This document shows, piece by piece, positions 38,862-48,572 of a stretch of DNA of 64,000 nt. Source of the DNA: Treponemataceae bacterium (GTDB lineage: Bacteria > Spirochaetota > Spirochaetia > Treponematales > Rectinemataceae); NCBI GenBank assembly GCA_963667725.2, contig CAXXHO010000003.1, positions 2,048,001 through 2,112,000 on the forward strand, written 5' to 3'. Position 1 is the first letter of the stretch. Every line of letters starts with the position of its first letter. Under the pieces are notes generated by a model. It was given only the letters and a program-made list of their open reading frames with translations, had not been told where the DNA came from and did no database searches. The translations under genes and the position numbers were made by a program.

Positions 38862-39902
38862 TCACCACCAGTTCAGCACATCTTCGGCGAAGCCGAGGAA
38901 GCGGTCGACCTTGAGGACTTGGCCGTCATCCAGGATGACCTTGCCGGTAAAATAACCGAAAACCTGATGCTGCACGGATTTTATCAGGAGGAGGTCGGTG
39001 GCGCTGTTTCGGTCCACGATGGGCTCGAAATCCATCTCGAAGCGTCCATCGGAACTTTCGAATTTCCAGGGGGCGAGATAGTCCGCCGTGTTGATGCGGA
39101 AGGTCACTTCCTCCAGCTTGTGGGCGCGCCCTCCGTAGAACAGCATGTTTTCCGAAGCGGGGCTCCGGTCCGAAAAGCCGTAGCCGATATTCCAGCCGAA
39201 GGGAAGGCCGTCCAGAAACCCCGACGCCGAGCCCCAGTACCATCGGTTCCTGTAGGTCCAGACTCCCCTGCCCCAATCGAGCCCGGCGAAAGCCGTGTCT
39301 GGCGCGAATGGATAGCTCCGCGAGCCTAGCTTTACGCTGCCGCTCGCCGGCATGCAGTTTATCTTCCTGTTGTAATAGAAGGCGCGGCGATTTTCCTTCC
39401 AGGACGTGGCGATGTTCATGCTGTCGGCGTCGGGCGGCTGATCCAGGATCAGCTCGGCCTCGAGCCCTTTCGCGCCGTCGGGAGCCACGAAACCGGGACA
39501 GGAGGCGGAAATCCGCCGTTTGCCCTTTTCCATCGAGAAGGCGATGGAGAGTTTGCCGCTTTCATGCCTGATTACTCCTTCATCTGAAACTTCCGGAAAT
39601 CCTGTCTTCCCGAGAGGCATGAAGTTCATATCCTGAAACTGGGCGACTTTTCCCGAGGCGAAGTCCAGCCAGGCTATGGCGAATAGCCCCAGATAGCCGA
39701 GATCTGATATCGTGAAGGTGATGCCGTATTTTCCGTCGTGGGAAATCACGTAGTAATAATCCCACTCCTTGAGCCGCAGGGCGGATGCCGACACTTTCGA
39801 TCTGTCGTAGCGCCAGAATGGCTGTCTCGCCCAACCTTCCTCGATGAGTCGCCCATCGTCCCCGAGAAGCTCCAGCGGACGGACGATTTCTTTCTGCGTC
39901 AT
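38862..39902 (-). CDS. DUF2804-family protein
   Basis: LRLKEWDYY, FYYNRKINC, LDWGRGVW, QHQVFG; SD GAGGAGG. Confidence 0.75.
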   Translation of the reverse strand: MTQKEIVRPLELLGDDGRLIEEGWARQPFWRYDRSKVSASALRLKEWDYYYVISHDGKYGITFTISDLGYLGLFAIAWLDFASGKVAQFQDMNFMPLGKTGFPEVSDEGVIRHESGKLSIAFSMEKGKRRISASCPGFVAPDGAKGLEAELILDQPPDADSMNIATSWKENRRAFYYNRKINCMPASGSVKLGSRSYPFAPDTAFAGLDWGRGVWTYRNRWYWGSASGFLDGLPFGWNIGYGFSDRSPASENMLFYGGRAHKLEEVTFRINTADYLAPWKFESSDGRFEMDFEPIVDRNSATDLLLIKSVQHQVFGYFTGKVILDDGQVLKVDRFLGFAEDVLNWW

Positions 39903-39933
39903 GAATTCCTCCTCGTTTGGCATTATCTGGCCA

Positions 39934-40986
39934 TCAATGAGTCGTCGATAGGATCCAATCGCCCAACGCGGAGAGCGCTTCGGGGGCGATGGTTTCGGAA
40001 ATAGCCGCGTATTCGTTGGGCAGGCCCGTTACGGCATGCTGGAATAAGTGATTCAGTCCTTCGAGTTCGAGAAGGCTGTAGTTCTTGTTGCCGGCCGCGT
40101 CCAGGGCCAGCCCGATAGCCTTAAGGTTTTCATCAGCGGGCACCTGCAGGTCCTTCGTGCCGTTCATGGCGAGCAGGGGAATTCTCAGCGTAGAAAGCGC
40201 GACCGAAGGATCGAGCGCCAGAAAGGCCCTAATCCAGGGACTCAAAAGCTGGCTCGCTATAATTTCCGCCGTTTTGCCGCCCATCGCCGCGGGCAGCGCC
40301 GATATAATTTCCGCCTTCTTCTCGGTATCCTCTCCCTGCTCCATGGCGATGGCATAGAGTCGGGCATTGAGGAGGTTGGCTTCTTTGATCGTGTTTTCAT
40401 CCACGCCTGAAGCCTCGGCGAGAGCTCTGTTCTGCGAAAGCAAGAGCTTGTCGCCCCTTATGCCCGGCCCCGCAAGCATGACGACGAAGGAAACAGCGGG
40501 ATCGCTCGATCCCAGCAGGGCGGCGATTATGCCCCCTTCGCTGTGTCCGACGACCCCGACTTTAGACGGATCGATCTCCGGCCTGGTGGAGATAAAGGCC
40601 ACGGCCGCACGAGCATCGTCGGCAAAATCATGGGTCGTCGCCGTGGCGAAATTCCCGCTCGAGCCGCCGATGCCCCTGTCGTCGTAGCGCAGAGCCGCTA
40701 TGCCCCGGCTAGCCAGATAATCGGCTATGACAAAAAAAGGCTTATGACCCAGGATTTCTTCGTCGCGGTTTTGGGGTCCCGATCCCGAAACGAGGATGAC
40801 GGCGGGGAAAGGCCCTTGTCCCTGCGGAAACGTAAGCGTGCCGGAAAGCCGTACGCCCGCGGCTTGATTCGTGAATTCCACGTCATGGGCGGATTGTGGC
40901 GATGCGGATTGGGCAAAGGCGGGCACGATGGCCGCCAAACCCATGACGAGAAAAATGGCGATTCTTTTTATTGATGGAGTTTTCAT
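39934..40986 (-). CDS. Secreted alpha/beta hydrolase
   Basis: Signal peptide; SGSGPQNRDE, YDDRGIG, GHSEGG nucleophile, KDLQV, NHLFQ. Confidence 0.88.
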   Translation of the reverse strand: MKTPSIKRIAIFLVMGLAAIVPAFAQSASPQSAHDVEFTNQAAGVRLSGTLTFPQGQGPFPAVILVSGSGPQNRDEEILGHKPFFVIADYLASRGIAALRYDDRGIGGSSGNFATATTHDFADDARAAVAFISTRPEIDPSKVGVVGHSEGGIIAALLGSSDPAVSFVVMLAGPGIRGDKLLLSQNRALAEASGVDENTIKEANLLNARLYAIAMEQGEDTEKKAEIISALPAAMGGKTAEIIASQLLSPWIRAFLALDPSVALSTLRIPLLAMNGTKDLQVPADENLKAIGLALDAAGNKNYSLLELEGLNHLFQHAVTGLPNEYAAISETIAPEALSALGDWILSTTH

Positions 40987-41087
40987 GCGCCTATTGTGAC
41001 GCATAACTCAGCCTGTCGCAAGAAAGCCGCCGCCTTTATTCGGCGGCGGCGAAGATCTTCCCGGAAACGCCTTTCAATAAGGAGCGT

Positions 41088-42008
41088 TTATTTTCCCAGA
41101 AGCTTGTCCGTGTGCCTCGTGATGGCCGCGGGATCGGCTAGATCGAGAGGAAGGATAATCTTTGTGCCAGGGGCGGCAAGACCGTTGAGAGCCTCGATAT
41201 AGGCCTCGGCTACCCTGAGCGAAGCCGCGTCGGCGCCGTTGGGAAGGGACACGGCCTTGGCAATCGTCTCGATGGACTCGGCCGTGGCCCTCGCGATCGC
41301 CAGAATCTCGGCGGCATGACCTTCCGCCTCGTTGATCGCGCGCTGCTTTTCCCCCGTGCTCTTGTTGACGGCTTCTTCCATGCTGGCCATGGAGTAGTTG
41401 ATCTTGCTCTCCATCACGCCGAGACTTTTGGCGACTTCCGCGCGCTTGTCGCGCTCCGCTTTCATCTGCAGTTCCATCGACTTGAGCACCGTGTCCGGCA
41501 CCTGGATATTCTGTATCTCATAACGCGTCACCTTGATGCCCCAGGGCGCTGCGGCCTCGTCCAGCGCCCGGACGACCGAAGCGTTGATGGCGCCGCGCTC
41601 CTCGAAGGTGCGATCGAGCTCCAGCTTGCCGATGACAGCCCTGATGGTCGTCTGGGCGAGGAATATGCAGGCGAGGCGGTAGTCCGTGACGCCGTAGCTC
41701 GCCCGCTTCGCGTCCATGACGCGAAGGTAGAGCACACCGTCCACGTGAACCTTGACGTTGTCGGCGGTAAAACACTCCTGGGAGGGCACGTCGAGGGCTT
41801 GTTCCTTGAGGGTATGCTTGTATGCCACGCGGTCGACGAAAGGCATGAGCAGATGGAATCCCGCATCGAGGCTTGAGGAATAACGTCCGAGGCGCTCGAC
41901 GATGCTTGTCGACTGGGCTGGGATGATGCGTATCGAACGGACGAGCTGGATGGCGACAAGGAGACCGAAGGCTCCCGTTATGACGAATAAAGGAAGGAGC
42001 GGGTTCAT
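41088..42008 (-). CDS. SPFH/stomatin-like protein
   Basis: VERLGRY, TADNV.V.VDGVLY, LAQTTIRAVIG, WGIKVTRYEI. Confidence 0.92.
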   Translation of the reverse strand: MNPLLPLFVITGAFGLLVAIQLVRSIRIIPAQSTSIVERLGRYSSSLDAGFHLLMPFVDRVAYKHTLKEQALDVPSQECFTADNVKVHVDGVLYLRVMDAKRASYGVTDYRLACIFLAQTTIRAVIGKLELDRTFEERGAINASVVRALDEAAAPWGIKVTRYEIQNIQVPDTVLKSMELQMKAERDKRAEVAKSLGVMESKINYSMASMEEAVNKSTGEKQRAINEAEGHAAEILAIARATAESIETIAKAVSLPNGADAASLRVAEAYIEALNGLAAPGTKIILPLDLADPAAITRHTDKLLGK

Positions 42009-43012
42009 TGCGCATCTCCTTGGCGAGCTGAGCTTTTCATGCCCGCGGAACGCGTCGCCATCGCCATCTCCCTCGCGCGGTCCGACGCGGGTAGCGAAGG
42101 CAGGAGCTCAGCCTTCTGCAAGCCGAGAATATCTGCCAGGCCGCGAAGCTCGGCCAGTTTTTCCGGAAGGACCTGCGTGCTCGCCGAACCCAGGATACGT
42201 TCGAGTCTATCGATGTACTGATCCGCGAGGCGCAGCGTCATCGCCGACTTGCCCCCGGGAGAGGAAAGCGCCCTGGCGATAAGCCCCAGCCCCTCGGCTG
42301 TCGCGTCGCTCACTATCTTGATCGCGCTGGCCTTGCCGTCCGCTTTATTGATCGTGCGCGTCCTTTCGCCGAGCGAAATGTTGATCGCTTCCTCGCGTTC
42401 GCCTTTGGAGACATTGATGCGGCTTTCCTTCACGCCCTCGCTGGCGAGAATCTCGGCACGTTTTTCCCGCTCCGCTCGCATCTGCCTTTCCATGGCTTCC
42501 GTGATGACCTCGCTCGGCGTTATGGAGCGAACCTCATAGCGCGTAACTTTGATGCCCCAGGGATCGGTCGCCTCGTCCACAGCCTTCACGATATTGTCAT
42601 TGATGACCTCTCGCTCGGCGAAGCTCTTGTCGAGCTCGATCTTGCCGATCTCGGAGCGCATCGTCGTCTTGGCGAGCTGGACGGTGGCGAAGCGATAATC
42701 GTCTATGCCATAGCTCGCGAGGACGGGGTCGAAAATCTTGTAGTAAAGGATGCCGTCGACCGTTACCTGGACGTTGTCCGATGTTATGCATACCTGCGGC
42801 TCCACGTCGATCACGTCCTCCTTGAGCTGATGCCTGTAGGCAACCCGCTCCACGAAGGGTATGCGGAGATGAAGGCCCGAACCGAGGGTCTTACGGTACT
42901 TGCCGAGCATCTCCACGACATAGGCTTTCTGCTCGGGCACGATGACGATGAAACGGAAGAGCGCCAGGACCGCCGCCAAGGCAAGGGCATAAGCGAGAAT
43001 GATACCGACCAT
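42005..43012 (-). CDS. SPFH/stomatin-like protein
   Basis: CITSDNVQVTVDGILY, LAKTTMRSEIGK, WGIKVTRYEV, QMRAEREKRA. Confidence 0.92.
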   Translation of the reverse strand: MVGIILAYALALAAVLALFRFIVIVPEQKAYVVEMLGKYRKTLGSGLHLRIPFVERVAYRHQLKEDVIDVEPQVCITSDNVQVTVDGILYYKIFDPVLASYGIDDYRFATVQLAKTTMRSEIGKIELDKSFAEREVINDNIVKAVDEATDPWGIKVTRYEVRSITPSEVITEAMERQMRAEREKRAEILASEGVKESRINVSKGEREEAINISLGERTRTINKADGKASAIKIVSDATAEGLGLIARALSSPGGKSAMTLRLADQYIDRLERILGSASTQVLPEKLAELRGLADILGLQKAELLPSLPASDRAREMAMATRSAGMKSSARQGDAQ

Positions 43013-43533
43013 CACCGATCCTCCTTGATATCTGCCGCGTTCGCGGAATCCTTGTCGAGCAATCGCGGCCCCTCCTCGTTCGGGTCGAGGAAGTCCTTGG
43101 TAACGACGAGGCTCAAGCCTTCGCGCGAGACGACTCTCACAGTCCGCCCGGGCTCAAGCGTCTCGAGATATGAGACTGCCCTCCAACTGGTACCATGAAA
43201 GCGAACGCGCCCCGGAGAATCGGGGCCGATCCGCTCCGTCACCTCGGCCGCCTCGCCTGATAGCGACTCGATCTCCTCGCCCTCGCGATAAAAAGCCGTG
43301 CCCTTCAGGAGCCGCTTGAAACGCTTACGGAGGAAGATTAAGGACATAAGGCTCGAAACTGTCCAGAAAAGAGCCTGTATCGCGGGGCTGGAGGCAAAAG
43401 GAGGCAGAACGCAGAGTATGGAGGTCGCGATGGCTCCCAGTCCGAAAAAGATGATGGCGATGCCGGGGATGAAGGTTTCGGCGCCGACGAGGGCAAAGCC
43501 GAGGAGAGCCCACCAAAACCAGGGACCGAACAT
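43012..43533 (-). CDS. NfeD-like membrane protein
   Basis: N-terminal TM helices + GRVRFHGTSWRA OB-fold; precedes SPFH genes; SD GGAGG. Confidence 0.88.
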   Translation of the reverse strand: MFGPWFWWALLGFALVGAETFIPGIAIIFFGLGAIATSILCVLPPFASSPAIQALFWTVSSLMSLIFLRKRFKRLLKGTAFYREGEEIESLSGEAAEVTERIGPDSPGRVRFHGTSWRAVSYLETLEPGRTVRVVSREGLSLVVTKDFLDPNEEGPRLLDKDSANAADIKEDR

Positions 43534-43583
43534 AGACGAATGCCTCCAAAACCACAAAAAGCCCGCGTGTTTCCAGTGATAAC

Positions 43584-43612
43584 AAGATACGCGCGGCTGT
43601 CCCGCCGGTCAA
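43584..43612 (-). promoter_or_regulatory. Promoter for nfeD-SPFH operon
   Basis: TTGACC-N17-TATCTT. Confidence 0.65.
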
Positions 43613-43649
43613 GTTGCCGACATCATCCGGCCTTTCCCTACGGCCTCCC

Positions 43650-43678
43650 TTGACCGGGAAGTCGGGGCTCCTTACGCT
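43650..43678 (+). promoter_or_regulatory. Promoter for SDR gene (leaderless geometry)
   Basis: TTGACC-N17-TACGCT, 6 nt before ATG 43685. Confidence 0.65.
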
Positions 43679-43684
43679 TCCGGC

Positions 43685-44488
43685 ATGAACACATACCCTC
43701 TCCGCGGCAAAGTAGTGTGGATCACGGGAGCCTCCTCGGGAATAGGCGAGGCTATGGCGCAGGAGGCGGCGCGGCGCGGCGCCCTCCTCATCCTGTCGGG
43801 GCGCGGCGAAAAAGCGCTCGAGGCGGTTGCCGCCGCCTGTCCTGCCGGCTCGGCCGCCGTGCTGGCCTTCGACCTGGCCGACAAGGCGCGGCGGCGGGAA
43901 GCGGCGGCCAAGGCGACCTCCCTTTTCGGCCGCGTCGATTGCCTCATCCTCAACGCTGGAGTCAGCCAACGTTCCCGCTTCGAAAACAGCTCCCCTGAAG
44001 TCTTCGACCTGATCATGGAGACCAATTTCGCGGCATCCGTCGACCTGACCCGGATATTGCTCCCCGAAATGACGAAAAGGAATTCGGGATACGTCGTCTG
44101 CGTCTCAAGCGTGGCCGGCCTCATGGGCGCGCCTTGGCGCACGGCCTATTCGGCCTCGAAACACGCGCTCGGCGGATTTTTCGCTTCGCTGAGGGCTGAA
44201 CTTCAAGGGAAAAAGATTCAGATAACCATGGTATTCCCCGGATTCGTGCGCACCAATATTTCGATCAACGCCCTGGACGGCGACGGCGGAAAACACGGCA
44301 TTCTCGATCCCCTGCAGAAAAATGGCCAGGATCCAGCGGCTGCCGCCCGCATCATCCTCGACGGAATCGAAGGCGGAAAAGCGGAGATCAAGGTTGCCTT
44401 CGACGCCAAAGCCAGGCTCGGTCTTTTCCTTTCGCGGCACTTCCCCGCCCTTTTCGCGAAAACCATAGCCCGACAGGGCGGACTTTAA
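43685..44488 (+). CDS. Short-chain dehydrogenase/reductase
   Basis: TGASSGIG, NAG, YSASK. Confidence 0.93.
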   Translation: MNTYPLRGKVVWITGASSGIGEAMAQEAARRGALLILSGRGEKALEAVAAACPAGSAAVLAFDLADKARRREAAAKATSLFGRVDCLILNAGVSQRSRFENSSPEVFDLIMETNFAASVDLTRILLPEMTKRNSGYVVCVSSVAGLMGAPWRTAYSASKHALGGFFASLRAELQGKKIQITMVFPGFVRTNISINALDGDGGKHGILDPLQKNGQDPAAAARIILDGIEGGKAEIKVAFDAKARLGLFLSRHFPALFAKTIARQGGL

Positions 44489-44582
44489 AGCATGAGACAG
44501 CCATGACCTTCATCGAACGCTGAATCGCTCCCGATCTTCCCGCTGGCGTCTTCTCAGGTTATAGTGACGCAGGGAGTATGCA

Positions 44583-45914
44583 ATGCCAGATTTCACCATT
44601 GAGACGCTGGGAAATTGTTCGCTCGGTTCGCCCATCGGATTGTCGACGACCATGGGCGATGGCGTTCCCAACTTCGTTTCCGAAAACCGGCTCATCCGCT
44701 ACAGAATAGACGCGATGCCGGGCGATCAGCCCCCAGTCGAGAGGAAGGACCTTCTCGAACTCGCGGGACCAAGACAGAAAACCTACTTCAGCCCTTCCCA
44801 TGTCCATGCGGGCATCATCACCTGCGGCGGCCTTTGTCCGGGACTCAACGATGTCATAAGAGCTATCGTCCGCAGCCTCTGGTACCTCTACGGAGTGCGC
44901 CGCGTCACCGGCATCCGTTACGGCTACAAGGGCCTGCTCCCCGACTACGGCTACGACGTCGTTCACCTCAGCCCGGAAGTCGTGGATGACATCCATAAAA
45001 TCGGGGGAACCCTGCTCGGCACTTCGCGCGGCGGCGGGGAACGCAGCTCGGATATCGTCGACACGATTGAACAGCTGAACCTGAATATCCTTTTCGCCAT
45101 CGGCGGCGACGGCACGCAGAAGGGAGCACTCGCCATAGCCAGGGAAATCGAAAAACGCCACCTCAAGATCGCCATAATTGGAATCCCGAAGACGGTGGAC
45201 AACGACATCGAGTTCGTCGAAAAAACCTTCGGGTTCGATACAGCCGTGGTCAAGGCATCGGAAGCGGTGGCGGCCGCCCATATGGAAGCCCATTCACAGA
45301 TCAACGGCATCGGCCTTGTCAGGCTCATGGGACGCGATTCCGGATTCATAGCGGTCCATACCGTGCTTGCCGTTCACGAAGCCAATTTCGTCCTCATACC
45401 TGAAGTTCCTTTCGATCTGGAAGGTCCCTCCGGACTCCTCGCCGCCATCGAACGAAGACTCGAGAGGAGAGGCCACGCCGTCATCGTCGTGGCCGAAGGA
45501 GCGGGCCAGGAACTCTTCGCCGGACAGACGGGCGCCGACGCTTCCGGAAACAAGAAGTTATGCGATATCGGACTTCTTCTCAAAGAAAAAATTCAAGAGT
45601 ATTTCGACGCGAGAAAAATGGAAATAAACCTCAAATACATAGACCCCAGCTACATGATACGGTCCGCCACCGCAGAACCCATAGACTCCATGTACTGCGA
45701 GCGGCTCGGCAACAATGCCGTCCACGCCGCCATGGCGGGCAAGACGAAACTCATCATCGGCCTCGTCAACAACGAATTCGTCCACATTCCCATGGAGGAA
45801 GCGATTTCCAGGCGGAAGCTTGTCGACCCCGAAGGCAGCCTCTGGAGGGACGCGGTGGAAGCGACCCAGCAGCCGCTGAGCATGAAAAACCAGGACGCGG
45901 GACTAAAGCCATGA
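44583..45914 (+). CDS. pfkA: 6-phosphofructokinase (ATP-dependent, PPi-PFK-related clade)
   Basis: [35 protein letters not shown]. Confidence 0.88.
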   Translation: MPDFTIETLGNCSLGSPIGLSTTMGDGVPNFVSENRLIRYRIDAMPGDQPPVERKDLLELAGPRQKTYFSPSHVHAGIITCGGLCPGLNDVIRAIVRSLWYLYGVRRVTGIRYGYKGLLPDYGYDVVHLSPEVVDDIHKIGGTLLGTSRGGGERSSDIVDTIEQLNLNILFAIGGDGTQKGALAIAREIEKRHLKIAIIGIPKTVDNDIEFVEKTFGFDTAVVKASEAVAAAHMEAHSQINGIGLVRLMGRDSGFIAVHTVLAVHEANFVLIPEVPFDLEGPSGLLAAIERRLERRGHAVIVVAEGAGQELFAGQTGADASGNKKLCDIGLLLKEKIQEYFDARKMEINLKYIDPSYMIRSATAEPIDSMYCERLGNNAVHAAMAGKTKLIIGLVNNEFVHIPMEEAISRRKLVDPEGSLWRDAVEATQQPLSMKNQDAGLKP

Positions 45915-47821
45915 ATAAACCTACTCCGACACAGAGACCGGCCGGAGCCGCCGCGGCAAAAGCGATCGTCGTCGGCGCCGGCCTTTCCGGGCTTACCGCC
46001 GCGGCCCTCCTCGCGGAGCGTGGGCTCGACGTCACCGTCGTCGAACATCGCGACCGGCCGGGCGGCGCCGCTTCAGCCTTCCGCCGCGGAGACATCACCT
46101 TCGACATCGGCGCCGCCATGATGTTCGGTTTCGGCGAGCGGGGCTTCAATCCCCACAACTGGCTCATGACCGAGCTGGGCGAGCCCATCGACCTGTACAG
46201 GCACGAAGCCATGTACATGCTCTTTTACGGCGACAGCCCCATCACCTTCCATGCCGACAGGGAACTCTTTATCCGCGAATTGGAGGGTTTGTTCCCTCTG
46301 GCGGGAGGGGAGATCAGAGCCTTCTACGACTACATAGGCGGCCTTTACGAGAAAGTCATCGCGCCGGTAAGCGTTTTCGAGGCGCCCAACGACATGCCTC
46401 TCTCCGAAATGCGCCGGAACGCGAAAAACAGCCTCAAGGCTCAGCTCACCATGATCGGGCTACTCTTCCGGAACGCCGAATCCATCATGAGCCCCTTCAT
46501 TCGCGATCCCCAGGCAAGGGCTTTCTTTGACAAACTCACCTCGACTTATTGCTACACAACAATCAAGGAGACGCCGGCCATCCTCGCCGCGACCATGTTC
46601 ATAGACAACCATGTGGGCGGCGCCTATTATCCGGCAGGCTCGGCGATGGCCCTTAGCGCGCGCCTCGAAAAGGCGATCGAGGCGAGGGGCGGCCGCTTCC
46701 TCTACAAAACCAAGGCGAAGAAAATCCTGGGCCAAGCCGGCAGGATCACGGGCATCGCGACGGAGAGCGGCGAGGAACTCCACGCCGATCTCGTGCTTTT
46801 CGCGGGCTCATTAAGGGCCTTCGCGGGGTCCATAGACCCCGACAATCTCCTTCCCCGGCGCTGGAAAGAAAAGATACTGAGACTCGAGATGACCATGCCG
46901 AGCTTTGTCGTCTACGGCACCGTTAAAAAAGCTGCGCTTCCTGCGGACGCCATGCCCGTGCAGATGTTCGTCGACAACAGGGAAGCGCTCGACGAGGGCG
47001 ATGTGACTCTCTACCTTCCTTCGCTCGAAGACCCCTCCCTCGCCCCGCCCGAACTCTCCACCTTCCTCATCATAGGCCCTTCGATGAGGCCATGGCCCGA
47101 GCCCATGTCTCCCGGCTACGACGGTGAAGCCTATCTGTTGGCGAAAAAAGCCGAGGCTGACAGGATGCTCGCCCTCGTCGAGCGCCGGATGCCGGGCTTC
47201 GTGGCGGGAATAGAGGGAAGGATCGAGGCGAGTCCCACCACGATCTGGCGATATCTGGGAAAAACCGGCGGCAGCGTCGCCGGACCCAAACAGAAAATGG
47301 GCCAGCATCTTCTCCTCCGCCAAGGCTCCCGCGGTCCGGTTCCGGGTCTCTACTTCGCCGGCGAGTCCACAGTGATGGGCACGGGTACGCCGGCAGTGAC
47401 CGTTTCGGGCATTTCGGCGGCCAACAGGATACTGCGCACGCTGGGACTCCAGGCCTTTTCGTCGGGCAAAAAGGCGGTATCGTCAGTGCGGATCATCCCG
47501 AAGGGGAGCAGGGGCAACCTGCCTGTCGGCGAGGCGGCCGCGCTTTCATCGCGGTGCCGGTGGTGCGAAAAGGCGCCCTGCGCGGCCGCCTGCCCCGCCC
47601 GCTTCGACATTCCGGGCATCATGCGCAGGATGGAAGCGAACAACGTCGTGGGAGCCCGCAGGCAACTAGCCGATTCCGCCGGGACCAGAACATTGGCCGT
47701 AAGCTGCGCCGACTGCGCCGCCGATATAAAAAAAAGGCCGCCTTGCGAGGCGGCCTGCATAAGAAAAAATAGCGCGGAAGGACCCGTGTCGATTTCGCGT
47801 ATTATCGCGTCTTTGTCTTGA
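45911..47821 (+). CDS. Phytoene desaturase/CrtI-CrtH-like FAD oxidoreductase fused to C-terminal Fe-S domain
   Basis: [23 protein letters not shown]; Cys cluster CRWC..APC...CP…CADC…PPCEAAC; ATGA overlap with pfk. Confidence 0.8.
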   Translation: MNKPTPTQRPAGAAAAKAIVVGAGLSGLTAAALLAERGLDVTVVEHRDRPGGAASAFRRGDITFDIGAAMMFGFGERGFNPHNWLMTELGEPIDLYRHEAMYMLFYGDSPITFHADRELFIRELEGLFPLAGGEIRAFYDYIGGLYEKVIAPVSVFEAPNDMPLSEMRRNAKNSLKAQLTMIGLLFRNAESIMSPFIRDPQARAFFDKLTSTYCYTTIKETPAILAATMFIDNHVGGAYYPAGSAMALSARLEKAIEARGGRFLYKTKAKKILGQAGRITGIATESGEELHADLVLFAGSLRAFAGSIDPDNLLPRRWKEKILRLEMTMPSFVVYGTVKKAALPADAMPVQMFVDNREALDEGDVTLYLPSLEDPSLAPPELSTFLIIGPSMRPWPEPMSPGYDGEAYLLAKKAEADRMLALVERRMPGFVAGIEGRIEASPTTIWRYLGKTGGSVAGPKQKMGQHLLLRQGSRGPVPGLYFAGESTVMGTGTPAVTVSGISAANRILRTLGLQAFSSGKKAVSSVRIIPKGSRGNLPVGEAAALSSRCRWCEKAPCAAACPARFDIPGIMRRMEANNVVGARRQLADSAGTRTLAVSCADCAADIKKRPPCEAACIRKNSAEGPVSISRIIASLS

Positions 47822-48572
47822 GGCGAAGATAAACCTGTTTGCCGGAATCGGTAGGGCTCGCCCTCTCGTCGATCTCGAAAAGGCCCGAAGCCTTTATGAG
47901 GTCGCCCAGCTTCCTGAAGCCATAGTTGCGGGGGTCGAATTCGGGCTGCCTGTTCGCGATATAGGTGCCGACGGCGCCGAGGTAAGCCCAGCCGAATTCG
48001 TCGGCCGCGTCCTCGACGGCGCTTTCCAGCAGGGCTTTCATCCTGCGGTCCGTCTTGATGTCGCTCTGGCTCTGGGTCCGGGACTGCGCGTCCTTTTCCT
48101 TCGTGGCTTCCTTTTCCCCTTCATCCTCGCGCAGAATTTCGGTGTAGATGAACTTGTCGCAGGCTGCCACGAAGGGCTTCGGCGTCTTGCGCTGCCCGAA
48201 GCCAAGAACCAGTTTCCCGTCCTCCCTGAGCCTCGCCGCCAGCCTCGTGAAATCGGAATCGCTCGACACGACGCAGAATCCGTCCAGGCTTTCGGTGTAG
48301 AGAAGATCCATGGCATCGATGATCATCGCGCTGTCCGTGGAATTCTTTCCCTGCGTGTAGGAAAACTGCTGCACGGGCTGGATGGCGAACTCGAGGAGCT
48401 TATCCTTCCAGGAACGCAGGTTCGTGTTGGTCCAGTCGCCGTAGATTCTCTTGACGCTGGCCACGCCGTATTTGGCCACTTCGGCCAGAAGGCCTTCTAT
48501 GATCTTGGCCTGCGTATTGTCCGCGTCTATGAGTACCGCCAGCTTAAGCTGGCTCTGTTCGCTTTTCATCAT
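47802..48572 (-). CDS. NYN-domain (PIN-like) nuclease with C-terminal OST-HTH/LOTUS domain
   Basis: LIDADN, KRIYGDW, GKNSTD..MIIDAMD, SSDSDF; FDPRNYGFRKLGDLI. Confidence 0.9.
   Translation of the reverse strand: MMKSEQSQLKLAVLIDADNTQAKIIEGLLAEVAKYGVASVKRIYGDWTNTNLRSWKDKLLEFAIQPVQQFSYTQGKNSTDSAMIIDAMDLLYTESLDGFCVVSSDSDFTRLAARLREDGKLVLGFGQRKTPKPFVAACDKFIYTEILREDEGEKEATKEKDAQSRTQSQSDIKTDRRMKALLESAVEDAADEFGWAYLGAVGTYIANRQPEFDPRNYGFRKLGDLIKASGLFEIDERASPTDSGKQVYLRLKTKTR

Noticed and set aside
45560..45910. 117-aa N-terminal extension of the CrtI-like ORF
   Set aside because: Overlaps the pfk coding region; ATG 45911 with ATGA coupling precedes the Rossmann motif
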